Virus record (IMG/VR): IMGVR_UViG_3300031994_000064
Location: 1 to 64,000 of that record
Source: a virus
Taxonomy: Duplodnaviria > Caudoviricetes
DNA: 64,000 nucleotides
Direction: 5' to 3' (one strand)
In this document: positions 55,947-64,000 of the stretch, in pieces
Position numbering within the stretch: the first letter of the stretch is position 1
Layout: the number at the start of each line of letters is the position of its first letter
Made by a program: the position numbers and the translations under genes
The notes under the pieces: generated by a model
What the model saw: only the letters and a program-made list of their open reading frames with translations
Databases searched by the model: none
What the model was told of the DNA's origin: nothing

Positions 55947-56597
55947 ATGACAAACGAAGAATTTATTGAGAGCATCAGACTCCCGAATGAGGAGTGGAGA
56001 TACGTTGTTGGCTATGAAGACCGCTACATGGTATCGTCTTTTGGTAGAGTTGCAAGAAAAATGATAGTGTATAATCAATGCAACAAATATCATACAGTTG
56101 TCCTTAATCAAAAAATTTTGAAACCTTTCATTAAAACAACAAGGAACAACCAATATGAAGAAATAGGTTTAACCGTATCAAGAAAAAAGACAAACCTTAA
56201 AGTGCATAGACTTGTTGCAATGGCTTTTATCGAAAATCAAGACAACAAACCAAAAATAGACCATATAGACGGAAACGGGCTAAACAATCACGTTGAAAAT
56301 CTTCGTTGGTGCACTCATCTTGAAAATGTTAACAACCCTATCACAAAAAAAAGACAATCTGAAGCTCGAAAAAACAGAAGATTTCCTGTTTATTGGAAAG
56401 CAGTTGTTTGTGTATTCAAAGATGGCAGCACAAAACAATTCAATTCTATTACAGACGCGGAAAAAGAAGGTTATCAAAGGGCTTCAATTATACATTCTTG
56501 CAAAAGAAAAGATATAATTCCGAGAAAATTCAAATGGTATTATTTAGACGATTACCAAAAACTCATATCATCCAGCGATGTCAAAGAACTATCGTAA
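55947..56597 (+). CDS. NUMOD4-HNH homing endonuclease
   Basis: EEWRYVVGYEDRYMVSSFGRV; VHRLVAMAFI..DHIDGNGLNNHVENLRW; antisense to the surrounding operon. Confidence 0.9.
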   Translation: MTNEEFIESIRLPNEEWRYVVGYEDRYMVSSFGRVARKMIVYNQCNKYHTVVLNQKILKPFIKTTRNNQYEEIGLTVSRKKTNLKVHRLVAMAFIENQDNKPKIDHIDGNGLNNHVENLRWCTHLENVNNPITKKRQSEARKNRRFPVYWKAVVCVFKDGSTKQFNSITDAEKEGYQRASIIHSCKRKDIIPRKFKWYYLDDYQKLISSSDVKELS

Positions 56598-56608
56598 AAT
56601 GGCTAATA

Positions 56609-56941
56609 CTACGCCGTCAGCGGTGATGTAAGTTGCAAGATATTGTTGAACTTGTCGTTAAACAATTGCAAAATACCTGTGCCGTCCAAATCGGCAGCGG
56701 TCACGGCTACACCGTTGAAATAGGTCAGCGGTCTTGTAATTCCGTTAAGCGTCAAAGTTATCGGAAGTGTGCCAGTAGTACCAGTAGGAATAGCATCCGT
56801 GATACGTATGGTCAAATATCCAACAGGAGGTATGCGACGGAAACCAAGCGCAAAATTGACAGCCGTGTCACTTACCGTAGTGTTAAATGTCGGCAAGTAG
56901 CTTATGCCTTGAACATTAGTGGTTACGTTTACGCATCCCAT
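56609..56941 (-). CDS. Small all-beta Thr-rich protein (CCC operon)
   Basis: ORF track; 110 aa. Confidence 0.7.
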   Translation of the reverse strand: MGCVNVTTNVQGISYLPTFNTTVSDTAVNFALGFRRIPPVGYLTIRITDAIPTGTTGTLPITLTLNGITRPLTYFNGVAVTAADLDGTGILQLFNDKFNNILQLTSPLTA

Positions 56942-56956
56942 ATCAAACCTCCCTTC

Positions 56957-57937
56957 TTAAAACGCGATACCGTTGTTCCAGCCGTTACCGAAGAATCCGC
57001 CGTTCCAACCGAAATTATTCATATTCGGTGTTGCATTGTAAACCCCAACTTGTGGGTACTCCACGTTAATAGTCGCGGGTAATTTGCATTTAATGTCGTC
57101 AACCTCGCGGGCGATGCCGTTGATTGCGGCGTTCAGCGGGGCGACAGCCTGTTGCACGATACCTGCGGTGAAGTTCTGCGACTCAAGTTTGGCGACCTGT
57201 GCCGTGAGAGCGGTGATTTCGCGGTCTTTGCGGCTTGATTCAAGAGCGTCAATCTTGTTGTCAAGCAACTGATAGTTGCGGTTCATCGTGTCAACGAGCA
57301 ACTGGCTTTGTTTGCAGTCAGACAGTTCCTGCGCGGCTTTGGTGGCTGCGATATTCTGGTTGACTGCGGCAAAACCGTTGTTGATAGCACCCGTCTGTTC
57401 CACGGTGCGCAACTGTGACTGGTAGCCTTGTTCGGTGACGAGCAGTTTATTTTCGCAACAGCACTGGGCAAAGGTCGCTGCGAGGTCTTTGTTGCCGCTG
57501 CAAATCTGATTGATAATTTGCAACGGAGTTGTTGCGTTCTGAATTGCCATGTTGTTCAAGATTCCGTTGATAGCACCGAACTGTGCGCTGACGGTTGCGA
57601 AGTCTTGACCGAGCATATTGCTTACTGTCTGGATAGCTTGACGGCTCTGCTCTCCGTTAGAGCTGATGGCTTGAATAAGCAAATCAGTGTTGTTGTTTGC
57701 GGTCGCCTGTGCGCCAAGAGCAGCAGCGGCAGCACCGCCACCGTTCATGCCAAAGCCATTTCCACCAATCCAGTTGCCGAGTGCGCTACCGAGAAAACCG
57801 CCGATGCCTGCTCCCCAGAAGTTTCCGCCTCCGAAACCGTTACCCCAGCCACCGTTGTTGCCATAAGCCAACCATGCGGGAACGGAGTTGTTTCCTTCGT
57901 TGCCGAAAACATAAGTTTTTGAAGTTTCACTTTCCAT
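56957..57937 (-). CDS. Gly/Asn-rich protein with coiled coil and QCCC motif
   Basis: Probable start MESETSK at 57937; GGWGNGFGGG low-complexity region, FAQCCCENK, GWNGGFFGNGW tail. Confidence 0.8.
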   Translation of the reverse strand: MESETSKTYVFGNEGNNSVPAWLAYGNNGGWGNGFGGGNFWGAGIGGFLGSALGNWIGGNGFGMNGGGAAAAALGAQATANNNTDLLIQAISSNGEQSRQAIQTVSNMLGQDFATVSAQFGAINGILNNMAIQNATTPLQIINQICSGNKDLAATFAQCCCENKLLVTEQGYQSQLRTVEQTGAINNGFAAVNQNIAATKAAQELSDCKQSQLLVDTMNRNYQLLDNKIDALESSRKDREITALTAQVAKLESQNFTAGIVQQAVAPLNAAINGIAREVDDIKCKLPATINVEYPQVGVYNATPNMNNFGWNGGFFGNGWNNGIAF

Positions 57938-58079
57938 ATTATTTACTATTAAAAGGTTAAATCGCCCTCTTTCGCCTTCGGGCATTGGCTGTAAGCTTAC
58001 GGATGCAAAGAAAATACAAAAAACCCGCGACGAAAAATTATCGACGCGGGAAAAATACAAAGTAATGAGATAGAAAAAG

Positions 58080-58358
58080 TTAAAAGTCTTTCCGAGCGGA
58101 AAGTTTGTCAATATAGTCTTTGTCCCAATAGAGGGATGTTATGCCTCTGATTTTTCGACCGTTGCGGATTTCGCCTTTGCGTATTTTGCGGTCAAATTGT
58201 CTAACTGACAGACCGAGCAAGTCAGACGCTTCTTTCTTGGTGTAGCCGTACATTTCGCGTGAATCGACCAATTTGAAGTCGCCTTTGATGGGTTGGTCGC
58301 AAACACCGCTTTCATACATTTTGAAGCCGAAAGAGAGGTATTTGATGGCGTTTTTCAT
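58080..58358 (-). CDS. Excisionase/MerR-like HTH protein
   Basis: YTKKEASDLLGLSVRQFDRKIRKGEI; probable start MKNAIK. Confidence 0.7.
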   Translation of the reverse strand: MKNAIKYLSFGFKMYESGVCDQPIKGDFKLVDSREMYGYTKKEASDLLGLSVRQFDRKIRKGEIRNGRKIRGITSLYWDKDYIDKLSARKDF

Positions 58359-58365
58359 AAACACC

Positions 58366-58761
58366 TTAAAACTTGTATTTGAATCTGTCATATATATAAG
58401 TGCAAAGTGATGAAACGACAACGGCGATGAATATCGAAAACACAAACTCTTGCAGAGTGGCGAACTTTTTAGAAAACTTGAATATGCTGTCAAGAAAATC
58501 AACAAGAGACACCATTATCAAATTAAGATAAAGTATTCTTGACCAAAGAGAAACATACAGCCTTCTGCTGATGAAATAAAGCATCGCAAGAATGTAGATT
58601 GAAAAGCCCGCTATCGGGCAAAGATACCAGCAAATCTCTAAATCATAGGTGTCACAAAGAAAACCTATTACCACAACAAGAGACAAGACTATCGGTATTT
58701 GTTGCAAAACACGGATAGCCTTTCTCAAGTTGTTCACACGTCTGTTACTTTTTTGACGCAC
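58366..58761 (-). CDS. Multi-pass membrane protein (about 4 TM)
   Basis: Hydrophobic segments throughout. Confidence 0.7.
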   Translation of the reverse strand: MRQKSNRRVNNLRKAIRVLQQIPIVLSLVVVIGFLCDTYDLEICWYLCPIAGFSIYILAMLYFISRRLYVSLWSRILYLNLIMVSLVDFLDSIFKFSKKFATLQEFVFSIFIAVVVSSLCTYIYDRFKYKF

Positions 58762-58848
58762 CTCTTTTTCTTCTTTGACGGCTTTTAGTCAGCCCCGTCG
58801 TACCAGAAATTTTCTTTGCCATAGCCGTGAAATTTGATTGGTTAAACA

Positions 58849-59370
58849 CTATTGTTGATTATCAGTTTCTTCGGGCAAAGCGTCTGCAATGCCTTTCAGA
58901 TTTTCCACTAATTCTTCTGCGGATTTCACCGAGCTCTCGAAGTCGTTGTTCGCATCGAAATCCTCTTTCTGCAAGGTTTCCGTACTCTTGTTCATCAACT
59001 CTTCGGTGAACTTTTGTATGCTCTCGAAAGCCTTGAACATAAAATCTTCGTTAGAGAAGATGATTGTCGGTGCGAAAAGGATGGCTGACACGAAATCGGC
59101 GATGTTCTGAAGGTTCTCTTTCTCCTCGCCTTTCTTGTCCTTGCCGTCGATAAGAACGTCAAGCAGTATTTCAAGCGTGTCGTACAGCGACTTGTAGTCG
59201 GGCTTCACGAAAACGTGATAGCCGCCTTTGGTCATATAGTGCATAAAGCCACCAGCTTTGTACAAGCAAAACGATTCGCAGTCAAACTGCTTCTCAACGT
59301 CTTTCTCCTCGATGCAGAAGTGCATCGGGGTTACTTTCTCGGTTTTCTCTTTCTTTTTTGTGTTCGCCAT
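58849..59370 (-). CDS. Hypothetical protein (173 aa)
   Basis: ORF track. Confidence 0.75.
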   Translation of the reverse strand: MANTKKKEKTEKVTPMHFCIEEKDVEKQFDCESFCLYKAGGFMHYMTKGGYHVFVKPDYKSLYDTLEILLDVLIDGKDKKGEEKENLQNIADFVSAILFAPTIIFSNEDFMFKAFESIQKFTEELMNKSTETLQKEDFDANNDFESSVKSAEELVENLKGIADALPEETDNQQ

Positions 59371-59372
59371 AA

Positions 59373-60068
59373 CTATTCAATTCTTGTTTTTTCGTTTTTG
59401 TAAATGTCCTCGTAGTACATCTTGATTTGCAGGTCAAGCATCATGTCGGTAAGTTCCTCGTAGGTTTTGTGCTGCAACTCGTCAACGGTCAGCTCGGAGT
59501 AGTTTGCGATGAATTTCGCCATCTCGTATGTGCTGTTCTGCGGAAACGCAGCGCTGTAGTTGTACGGAATCACCTCGATGGGTATTGGCGTGCCGACTTT
59601 CTTGATGGCGGCGCAATGACCGAAAATCTTCTCGATGTTGTGCGTTTTAGCGCCCGTGCGTTTCAGCACCACCCAAGAGACGGAGGTGTCTATCTTCAGC
59701 ACTTTGGCGATTGCTCTCACCCACACAGCGCTCTTTTGGAATTTCGGTATGCTTGAGATGCCGACAAAATCAAGCATCTCGCGTGTGTCGTTTTCCGACG
59801 GGTTGTACTTGACCTCTATTTCTTCTTCTTTAGGCAAGTCTGCGGGCTTGATTTCTTGAATTGTCTGTTGAGGTTGAGGTTCTTGAACTTGCTTTTCAAT
59901 TTCTGCCGCTTGTTCTTGCTGCGTCTGCTCAAGCCCGATTTCGGGCAGTTGCTCTACGGTTTCAGCCGTTTGCACCGTTTCGTTGGTGTCAACGAACTGC
60001 TCTTGTTTTTCCTCGGCTTTCTTAGTGGTTATCTTTGCGGTGTTGCCGCTTTTGCGTGGTCTTCCCAT
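59373..60068 (-). CDS. Hypothetical protein (231 aa) with Glu/Gln-rich N-terminus
   Basis: ORF track. Confidence 0.75.
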   Translation of the reverse strand: MGRPRKSGNTAKITTKKAEEKQEQFVDTNETVQTAETVEQLPEIGLEQTQQEQAAEIEKQVQEPQPQQTIQEIKPADLPKEEEIEVKYNPSENDTREMLDFVGISSIPKFQKSAVWVRAIAKVLKIDTSVSWVVLKRTGAKTHNIEKIFGHCAAIKKVGTPIPIEVIPYNYSAAFPQNSTYEMAKFIANYSELTVDELQHKTYEELTDMMLDLQIKMYYEDIYKNEKTRIE

Positions 60069-60081
60069 AGTAGAATGTATT

Positions 60082-60630
60082 TTAACTTAAAACTTTCGTG
60101 ATTATCGGCAAGGCTGCGTATTCAACAGCCTGCAACTGGTTAGGTATCTGCGAATCGTACACGTAAGGGCAATGACCAATCAGGTTGTTGAACTTTAGCT
60201 CAATCTCGATGTATTTCATGCCCTTGTAGTTGTCTTCTTTGACCTCGACCGCGCTTATGAGCGTCATCACAGCCATCTTGCGGCGAACGTTGTCCCAAAA
60301 GACGACTGGCAGTGTGCCGGAGACAAGCCCTATCACGGTGTTCATATCGTCATTGCCATTGGCTATTGACGGGTCTCTTCTTACCACAAGGTCTAAGGTT
60401 ATGGTTGTCGCCTCTCTCGTGATTACTTCGGGGAAGTCGGCTCTCACCGTATCACTGTCGGCGTATGTCTCTGTGTATATGTTCTTCACTTTTCCGAAAT
60501 CCTCAAGACCAGTGCATTTTCGGTAAAGCAGCGTTCTGCCAGTCCCGAGAACGTAGTTGTTGATGTCAGTCCAAGTCCAAGAACTGTTTGCGTATTTTCC
60601 TATATATACGTGTACGTCTTGTATTTCCAC
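60082..60630 (-). CDS. Hypothetical protein, possibly distal-tail (Dit)-like
   Basis: KCTGL..FGKVKNIYTETYAD...TTITLDLVV...FWDNVR pattern recalls Dit-like proteins; unverified. Confidence 0.5.
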   Translation of the reverse strand: MEIQDVHVYIGKYANSSWTWTDINNYVLGTGRTLLYRKCTGLEDFGKVKNIYTETYADSDTVRADFPEVITREATTITLDLVVRRDPSIANGNDDMNTVIGLVSGTLPVVFWDNVRRKMAVMTLISAVEVKEDNYKGMKYIEIELKFNNLIGHCPYVYDSQIPNQLQAVEYAALPIITKVLS

Positions 60631-60653
60631 GTGATTTCTATTTTAATTGTTAA

Positions 60654-60968
60654 TCAGTATTTTCGTTTCGACACGGGTCTTAGCCTTCCTATAAACCTTG
60701 TCGGCGGGCAGCCCATCTCTTTTCTTCTCTTGAAATTCTCCTCGTTGTATATCGGCTTGAGTATGTGAGAAATCCTCTCTGTCGGTTTGCTCAACTGCGA
60801 TGCGTAGAACGACAGATAGCAGTAGTTCTTGTCGGTCTTGTATATGTTCGCAGACTGCAATGGCAGGAACATTCCGAGTTCCTGCTTGCAAGTGTATGGG
60901 TTCTCGTCCCACAGCAGACGCGCACCTTCGAGGTTGCTCAACGATATTGTGACTAAAAAATCCTGCAC
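60654..60968 (-). CDS. Hypothetical protein (104 aa)
   Basis: ORF downstream of the promoter at 60990-60997 (minus). Confidence 0.65.
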   Translation of the reverse strand: MQDFLVTISLSNLEGARLLWDENPYTCKQELGMFLPLQSANIYKTDKNYCYLSFYASQLSKPTERISHILKPIYNEENFKRRKEMGCPPTRFIGRLRPVSKRKY

Positions 60969-61004
60969 AACAATTCAAATTTTCGGTTGCAAAAATAAAA
61001 AAAA

Positions 61005-61451
61005 TTATAAAACAACGGCGTTTTGACCTTGAAAATCGACAATGGCGTTGCCATTGCCCTTGATTTCAACGTGCGAGTCCCCCACAACGTAAAGCTTGCA
61101 GAGCCGCCACTCCTCTTCAAGGTTGAGAGTGCAGTTGCAGTCTATGAGGCAATATACGGTCGATTTGGCTTTTATCTCGCCGTTAAAGCGGCAATAAAGC
61201 TCGGAGGTGTACTTTCCATCATAAACGCAATTGCCGTTCAAATAAGGCGCAAAATCACGGCAAATCTCGTCAGATGTCATGCCCCACCCCTCGTCTATCG
61301 CCTTGCACAAAAACTCTATAGACTGGATTTCAAGAGCCGCCTTGAAAATCTCCATCTTGCTCTTGGCGTGCATTATCTTCAAAGAATACTCTTTGCAAGC
61401 TGGCGTGTTCGCCTTTGCACGCTCGAAAAAAGACTCTACGCTCTTAATCAT
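61005..61451 (-). CDS. Phage hypothetical protein
   Basis: Probable start MIKSVES at 61451. Confidence 0.65.
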   Translation of the reverse strand: MIKSVESFFERAKANTPACKEYSLKIMHAKSKMEIFKAALEIQSIEFLCKAIDEGWGMTSDEICRDFAPYLNGNCVYDGKYTSELYCRFNGEIKAKSTVYCLIDCNCTLNLEEEWRLCKLYVVGDSHVEIKGNGNAIVDFQGQNAVVL

Positions 61452-62127
61452 TCTCGCCTCCTTCCTTGATACGGTCACCAAAATGATACTTGAAATCGCG
61501 TTCAATGCAAACGTTCTCTATCACCGTCACGAACGGAGCCGGTTTCGGATCACCTGCTTTATGATAATACTCGGTTCGCAAGCAACTGTCGGCCTTGTCG
61601 CATCCAATTCCTCTGCAATGACAATTATAATAGATGAATTGGTCACGCTCCCGAAGATATCGGTTACTTTTCCTATCCTTGAACATTTCCATCGCCAGCT
61701 TTCTGTGCAAAAACCGCTGGTAGCGTGCAGGCTCTTTAAGTAGGCGATTGTAGTCAAAGTCGTATTTATTCAATATGCCTGCATGGAACACAAATGAATC
61801 TGTGAGTGCTTCCTGAGCCGATTTTAGCTCATGAACCAAATCGAAATCATCGCCGTACTTGCTAATGATGAGTTCCGTGATGAAGTCAATGTTGCAACCG
61901 TGTTTACCGTTCTTTACATTTTTCTGGTCATAAGTAAGGCCTTTCGAAAGCCCGAGCACCCACACAGCAGAATCCCATTTAATCAGATACTTGCCGTATC
62001 TTAACCATGAAGACAAATGCTTGCAGGCGTAGAGATGCAAGCCTCCGATTGTATGTTTTGATTCGGTCGCCATATCGCGCATGGCATCCCGGTCTTTTTT
62101 GTCGAACTTATGAATAAATATTTCCAT
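61444..62127 (-). CDS. Hypothetical protein with C-terminal Cys cluster
   Basis: Probable start MEIFIH; CHCRGIGCDKADSCLR. Confidence 0.65.
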   Translation of the reverse strand: MEIFIHKFDKKDRDAMRDMATESKHTIGGLHLYACKHLSSWLRYGKYLIKWDSAVWVLGLSKGLTYDQKNVKNGKHGCNIDFITELIISKYGDDFDLVHELKSAQEALTDSFVFHAGILNKYDFDYNRLLKEPARYQRFLHRKLAMEMFKDRKSNRYLRERDQFIYYNCHCRGIGCDKADSCLRTEYYHKAGDPKPAPFVTVIENVCIERDFKYHFGDRIKEGGEND

Positions 62128-62149
62128 TATTTTCAAGCTATATAACAAC

Positions 62150-62536
62150 TTATCGAATAATATCATACATACCTTCTGGTGCTTCGATGGCGAGCCCTTT
62201 TTCAAGAAGGCCACGGTAGTCGAAATGGTGGGCGTTCATCCAATCATAGAACTCTGTGGTTTTGTCATAGAACCTCTCTCCGAATGATTCAACCCATTCC
62301 AACTCTTCTCTCATATCGTCCCTTTCGTCATCGGTCATACTTGACATAGGGCGGATATAAGGTTTGACTGAAAATTTCTCGTCATCTATTAACCTAATGT
62401 AAGTGCTAACTGTGTCATATTTTACATTATCCACAGATTTTATATCTTTGTCTTTTATACAGACTTCTACTTTAATGCCATACGGCAACCTGCAGCAAAG
62501 GTCTTTCGTTAAAATGTCTTTATCTTTAGTCGTCAT
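62150..62536 (-). CDS. Phage hypothetical protein, paralog 2
   Basis: KDLCCRLPY...KPYIRPMSSMT...AHHFDYRGLLEKGLA. Confidence 0.8.
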   Translation of the reverse strand: MTTKDKDILTKDLCCRLPYGIKVEVCIKDKDIKSVDNVKYDTVSTYIRLIDDEKFSVKPYIRPMSSMTDDERDDMREELEWVESFGERFYDKTTEFYDWMNAHHFDYRGLLEKGLAIEAPEGMYDIIR

Positions 62537-62547
62537 AATTTCCGAAT

Positions 62548-62958
62548 TTATTCATACATACCTTTTGGCGATTCAAGTGCCAATCCCTTTTCTATTAATC
62601 CACGGTAGTCGAAGTGGTGTGCGTTGAGCCAATCAAACATTTTGATTTCATCTTTCAATGTAAGCATTTCGTCTATTATAATAGGGCATAAGTTTACACA
62701 ATGAAATCCTACAAACTCTTTCTGTTCTTCTTCGGTCATGCTTGAAATCGGACGCAAGAATGGCTTAACTTTTTCAATTAAAAATCCGTATTGGAACACA
62801 TCAACAGTAGGCATTCCTTTATATCCATCCAGTGTCACACCCATTGCAATATCAGAATCCAATCTGTTATCTTCAAGGTCAAGGTATTGAACCTTCACCT
62901 TATATGGCAATCTCGCACAAAGGTCTTTCAGTAATAATTGTTTGTCTTCGTTATTCAT
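62548..62958 (-). CDS. Phage hypothetical protein, paralog 1
   Basis: KDLCARLPY...KPFLRPISSMT...AHHFDYRGLIEKGLA. Confidence 0.8.
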   Translation of the reverse strand: MNNEDKQLLLKDLCARLPYKVKVQYLDLEDNRLDSDIAMGVTLDGYKGMPTVDVFQYGFLIEKVKPFLRPISSMTEEEQKEFVGFHCVNLCPIIIDEMLTLKDEIKMFDWLNAHHFDYRGLIEKGLALESPKGMYE

Positions 62959-63358
62959 TGTCGCCTCCTTTCAAAAGCTGTTTATCGTCAAAAATGTTAC
63001 CAATGACTACAACATCAACCATACTTAAATGGTTATGCAATACGTTGTGCATAAACTTTTCGCCGCATTTAAGTTCAAAACGACATCTTTCTTCTTTATA
63101 GACAACAACACTTCTGTATTGTTTCCAAAATTCATCAGGATAAAAAGATACAATATCTCCTTCAAATATCTCTTTGCCGTTTTTGTCAACAAGACCCGTA
63201 AATTGACCGACGGTATCTGGAACAACTTGAAACAAATCGTCTGTTTCGTCATCGTAGTGAACGCAAATCTGAGCAAACTTTTCATAATGGTACAGATCGC
63301 CGTACACCCACTCGCCGTTGTCGATGCGTTTGCCGCGAAACTTTATAACTCTATTCAT
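62951..63358 (-). CDS. YopX family protein
   Basis: IKFRGKRIDNGEWVYGDL...GQFTGLVDKNGKEIFEGDIV...VIGNIFD. Confidence 0.9.
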   Translation of the reverse strand: MNRVIKFRGKRIDNGEWVYGDLYHYEKFAQICVHYDDETDDLFQVVPDTVGQFTGLVDKNGKEIFEGDIVSFYPDEFWKQYRSVVVYKEERCRFELKCGEKFMHNVLHNHLSMVDVVVIGNIFDDKQLLKGGDNE

Positions 63359-63998
63359 TGTTTGCCTCCTCCCCGATGATAAGTTCTTTTGCGTAAGGCA
63401 ACTCTTCGATGAACTTGCAAAACGCGCCCCAATCCTCTTTCAGCTTGTGGCTCTTGCGCTGTTTGTAGATGGTCGCCAATTGCTCGTAGTTGGTCGAAAC
63501 GTGAACCGTCAGCTCCGCACCCATCGGGCAGTTGCTGATGATGCGCATATAACAATCGTAAAGAAAATTTGCGCGGTCAACAAACACATCATCATCTAAC
63601 GTGAAATTGTTGTCATCCTCAAGGTATGAAAGATAGCTGCAATACGCTTCAACTGTTTCGTTCCACTCTTTGATGTGGTAAAAGTATTTTTGAAACATAT
63701 TGTAATAATGAACAAGGCGGTTCACGATGTTCTTGACCGCTTTCGACACATATTTGTTGCAGCACTTGTCAAAGTCCATCTTCGTGATGCGGTGCATCAT
63801 AGACGTGCTGCTCACGTATTGAAGAAAATGGTATCTCTGTATCTGCTTCGAGAAATACTGCGGGTATTTCAAGTCGAAAGTCACCAAGATGCCCGTTCTG
63901 AAATTCGAGTTCCCCGTTCCTCCTCCGAGTTTCGCCAGCTTCTTGCACCTTTCAAGACCTCTCTCAAACTCTTCTTTCGTGCATTCGGCGGGCTCAAG
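63351..63998 (-). CDS. ThyX/Thy1-like (thymidylate synthase complementing-like) protein, 5'-partial
   Basis: Frame stays open to the right edge (NSNFRTGILVTFDL...QRYHF..VSSTSMMHRIT...NYEQLATIYKQRKSHKLKEDW); motif recalled from phage Thy1-like proteins. Confidence 0.6.
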   Translation of the reverse strand, partial: LEPAECTKEEFERGLERCKKLAKLGGGTGNSNFRTGILVTFDLKYPQYFSKQIQRYHFLQYVSSTSMMHRITKMDFDKCCNKYVSKAVKNIVNRLVHYYNMFQKYFYHIKEWNETVEAYCSYLSYLEDDNNFTLDDDVFVDRANFLYDCYMRIISNCPMGAELTVHVSTNYEQLATIYKQRKSHKLKEDWGAFCKFIEELPYAKELIIGEEANNE

Positions 63999-64000
63999 CC

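Noticed and set aside
55790-56608. Group I intron carrying the HNH gene
   Set aside because: The insertion is intergenic and antisense, both flanking ORFs are complete, and no P/Q/R/S core was recognised.
1-64000. Prophage attachment site, integrase, invertase or rRNA
   Set aside because: No tyrosine or serine recombinase motifs, no host housekeeping genes and no rRNA signatures were seen, so lifestyle cannot be determined from this window.

Overview
The whole window reads as part of a tailed dsDNA phage genome, with no cellular housekeeping context and no integrase seen. The host is probably Bacteroidota: the TAnnTTTG sigma -7 promoter element precedes most operons, and several Bacteroidota-type families are present. 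Layout: a ~1.5 kb repeat-rich non-coding region between divergent promoters (candidate origin or terminus); an early region of small ORFs punctuated by uniform hairpin+TTCACT units and tRNA-like RNAs (2.3-9 kb); DNA metabolism and recombination genes (ParB-like, SMC/Rad50-like ATPase, GIY-YIG, PAPS-reductase family, SSB, RecT, MBL hydrolase); two intact RNA-guided nucleases (IscB with omegaRNA, TnpB) without a transposase; lysis genes; a siphovirus-like virion module split into divergent operons; a separately promoted fibre/adhesin operon; a Gly/Asn-rich 'CCC' operon of unknown function interrupted by an HNH cassette; and small genes ending in a partial ThyX-like ORF. The strongest unexplained signals are two orphan copies of the TnpB right-end/omegaRNA 3' module with compensatory base changes, eight regular hairpin+TTCACT units between early genes, and two anticodon-less tRNA-like RNAs. 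Family assignments come from motifs recognised by eye; no database search was run.
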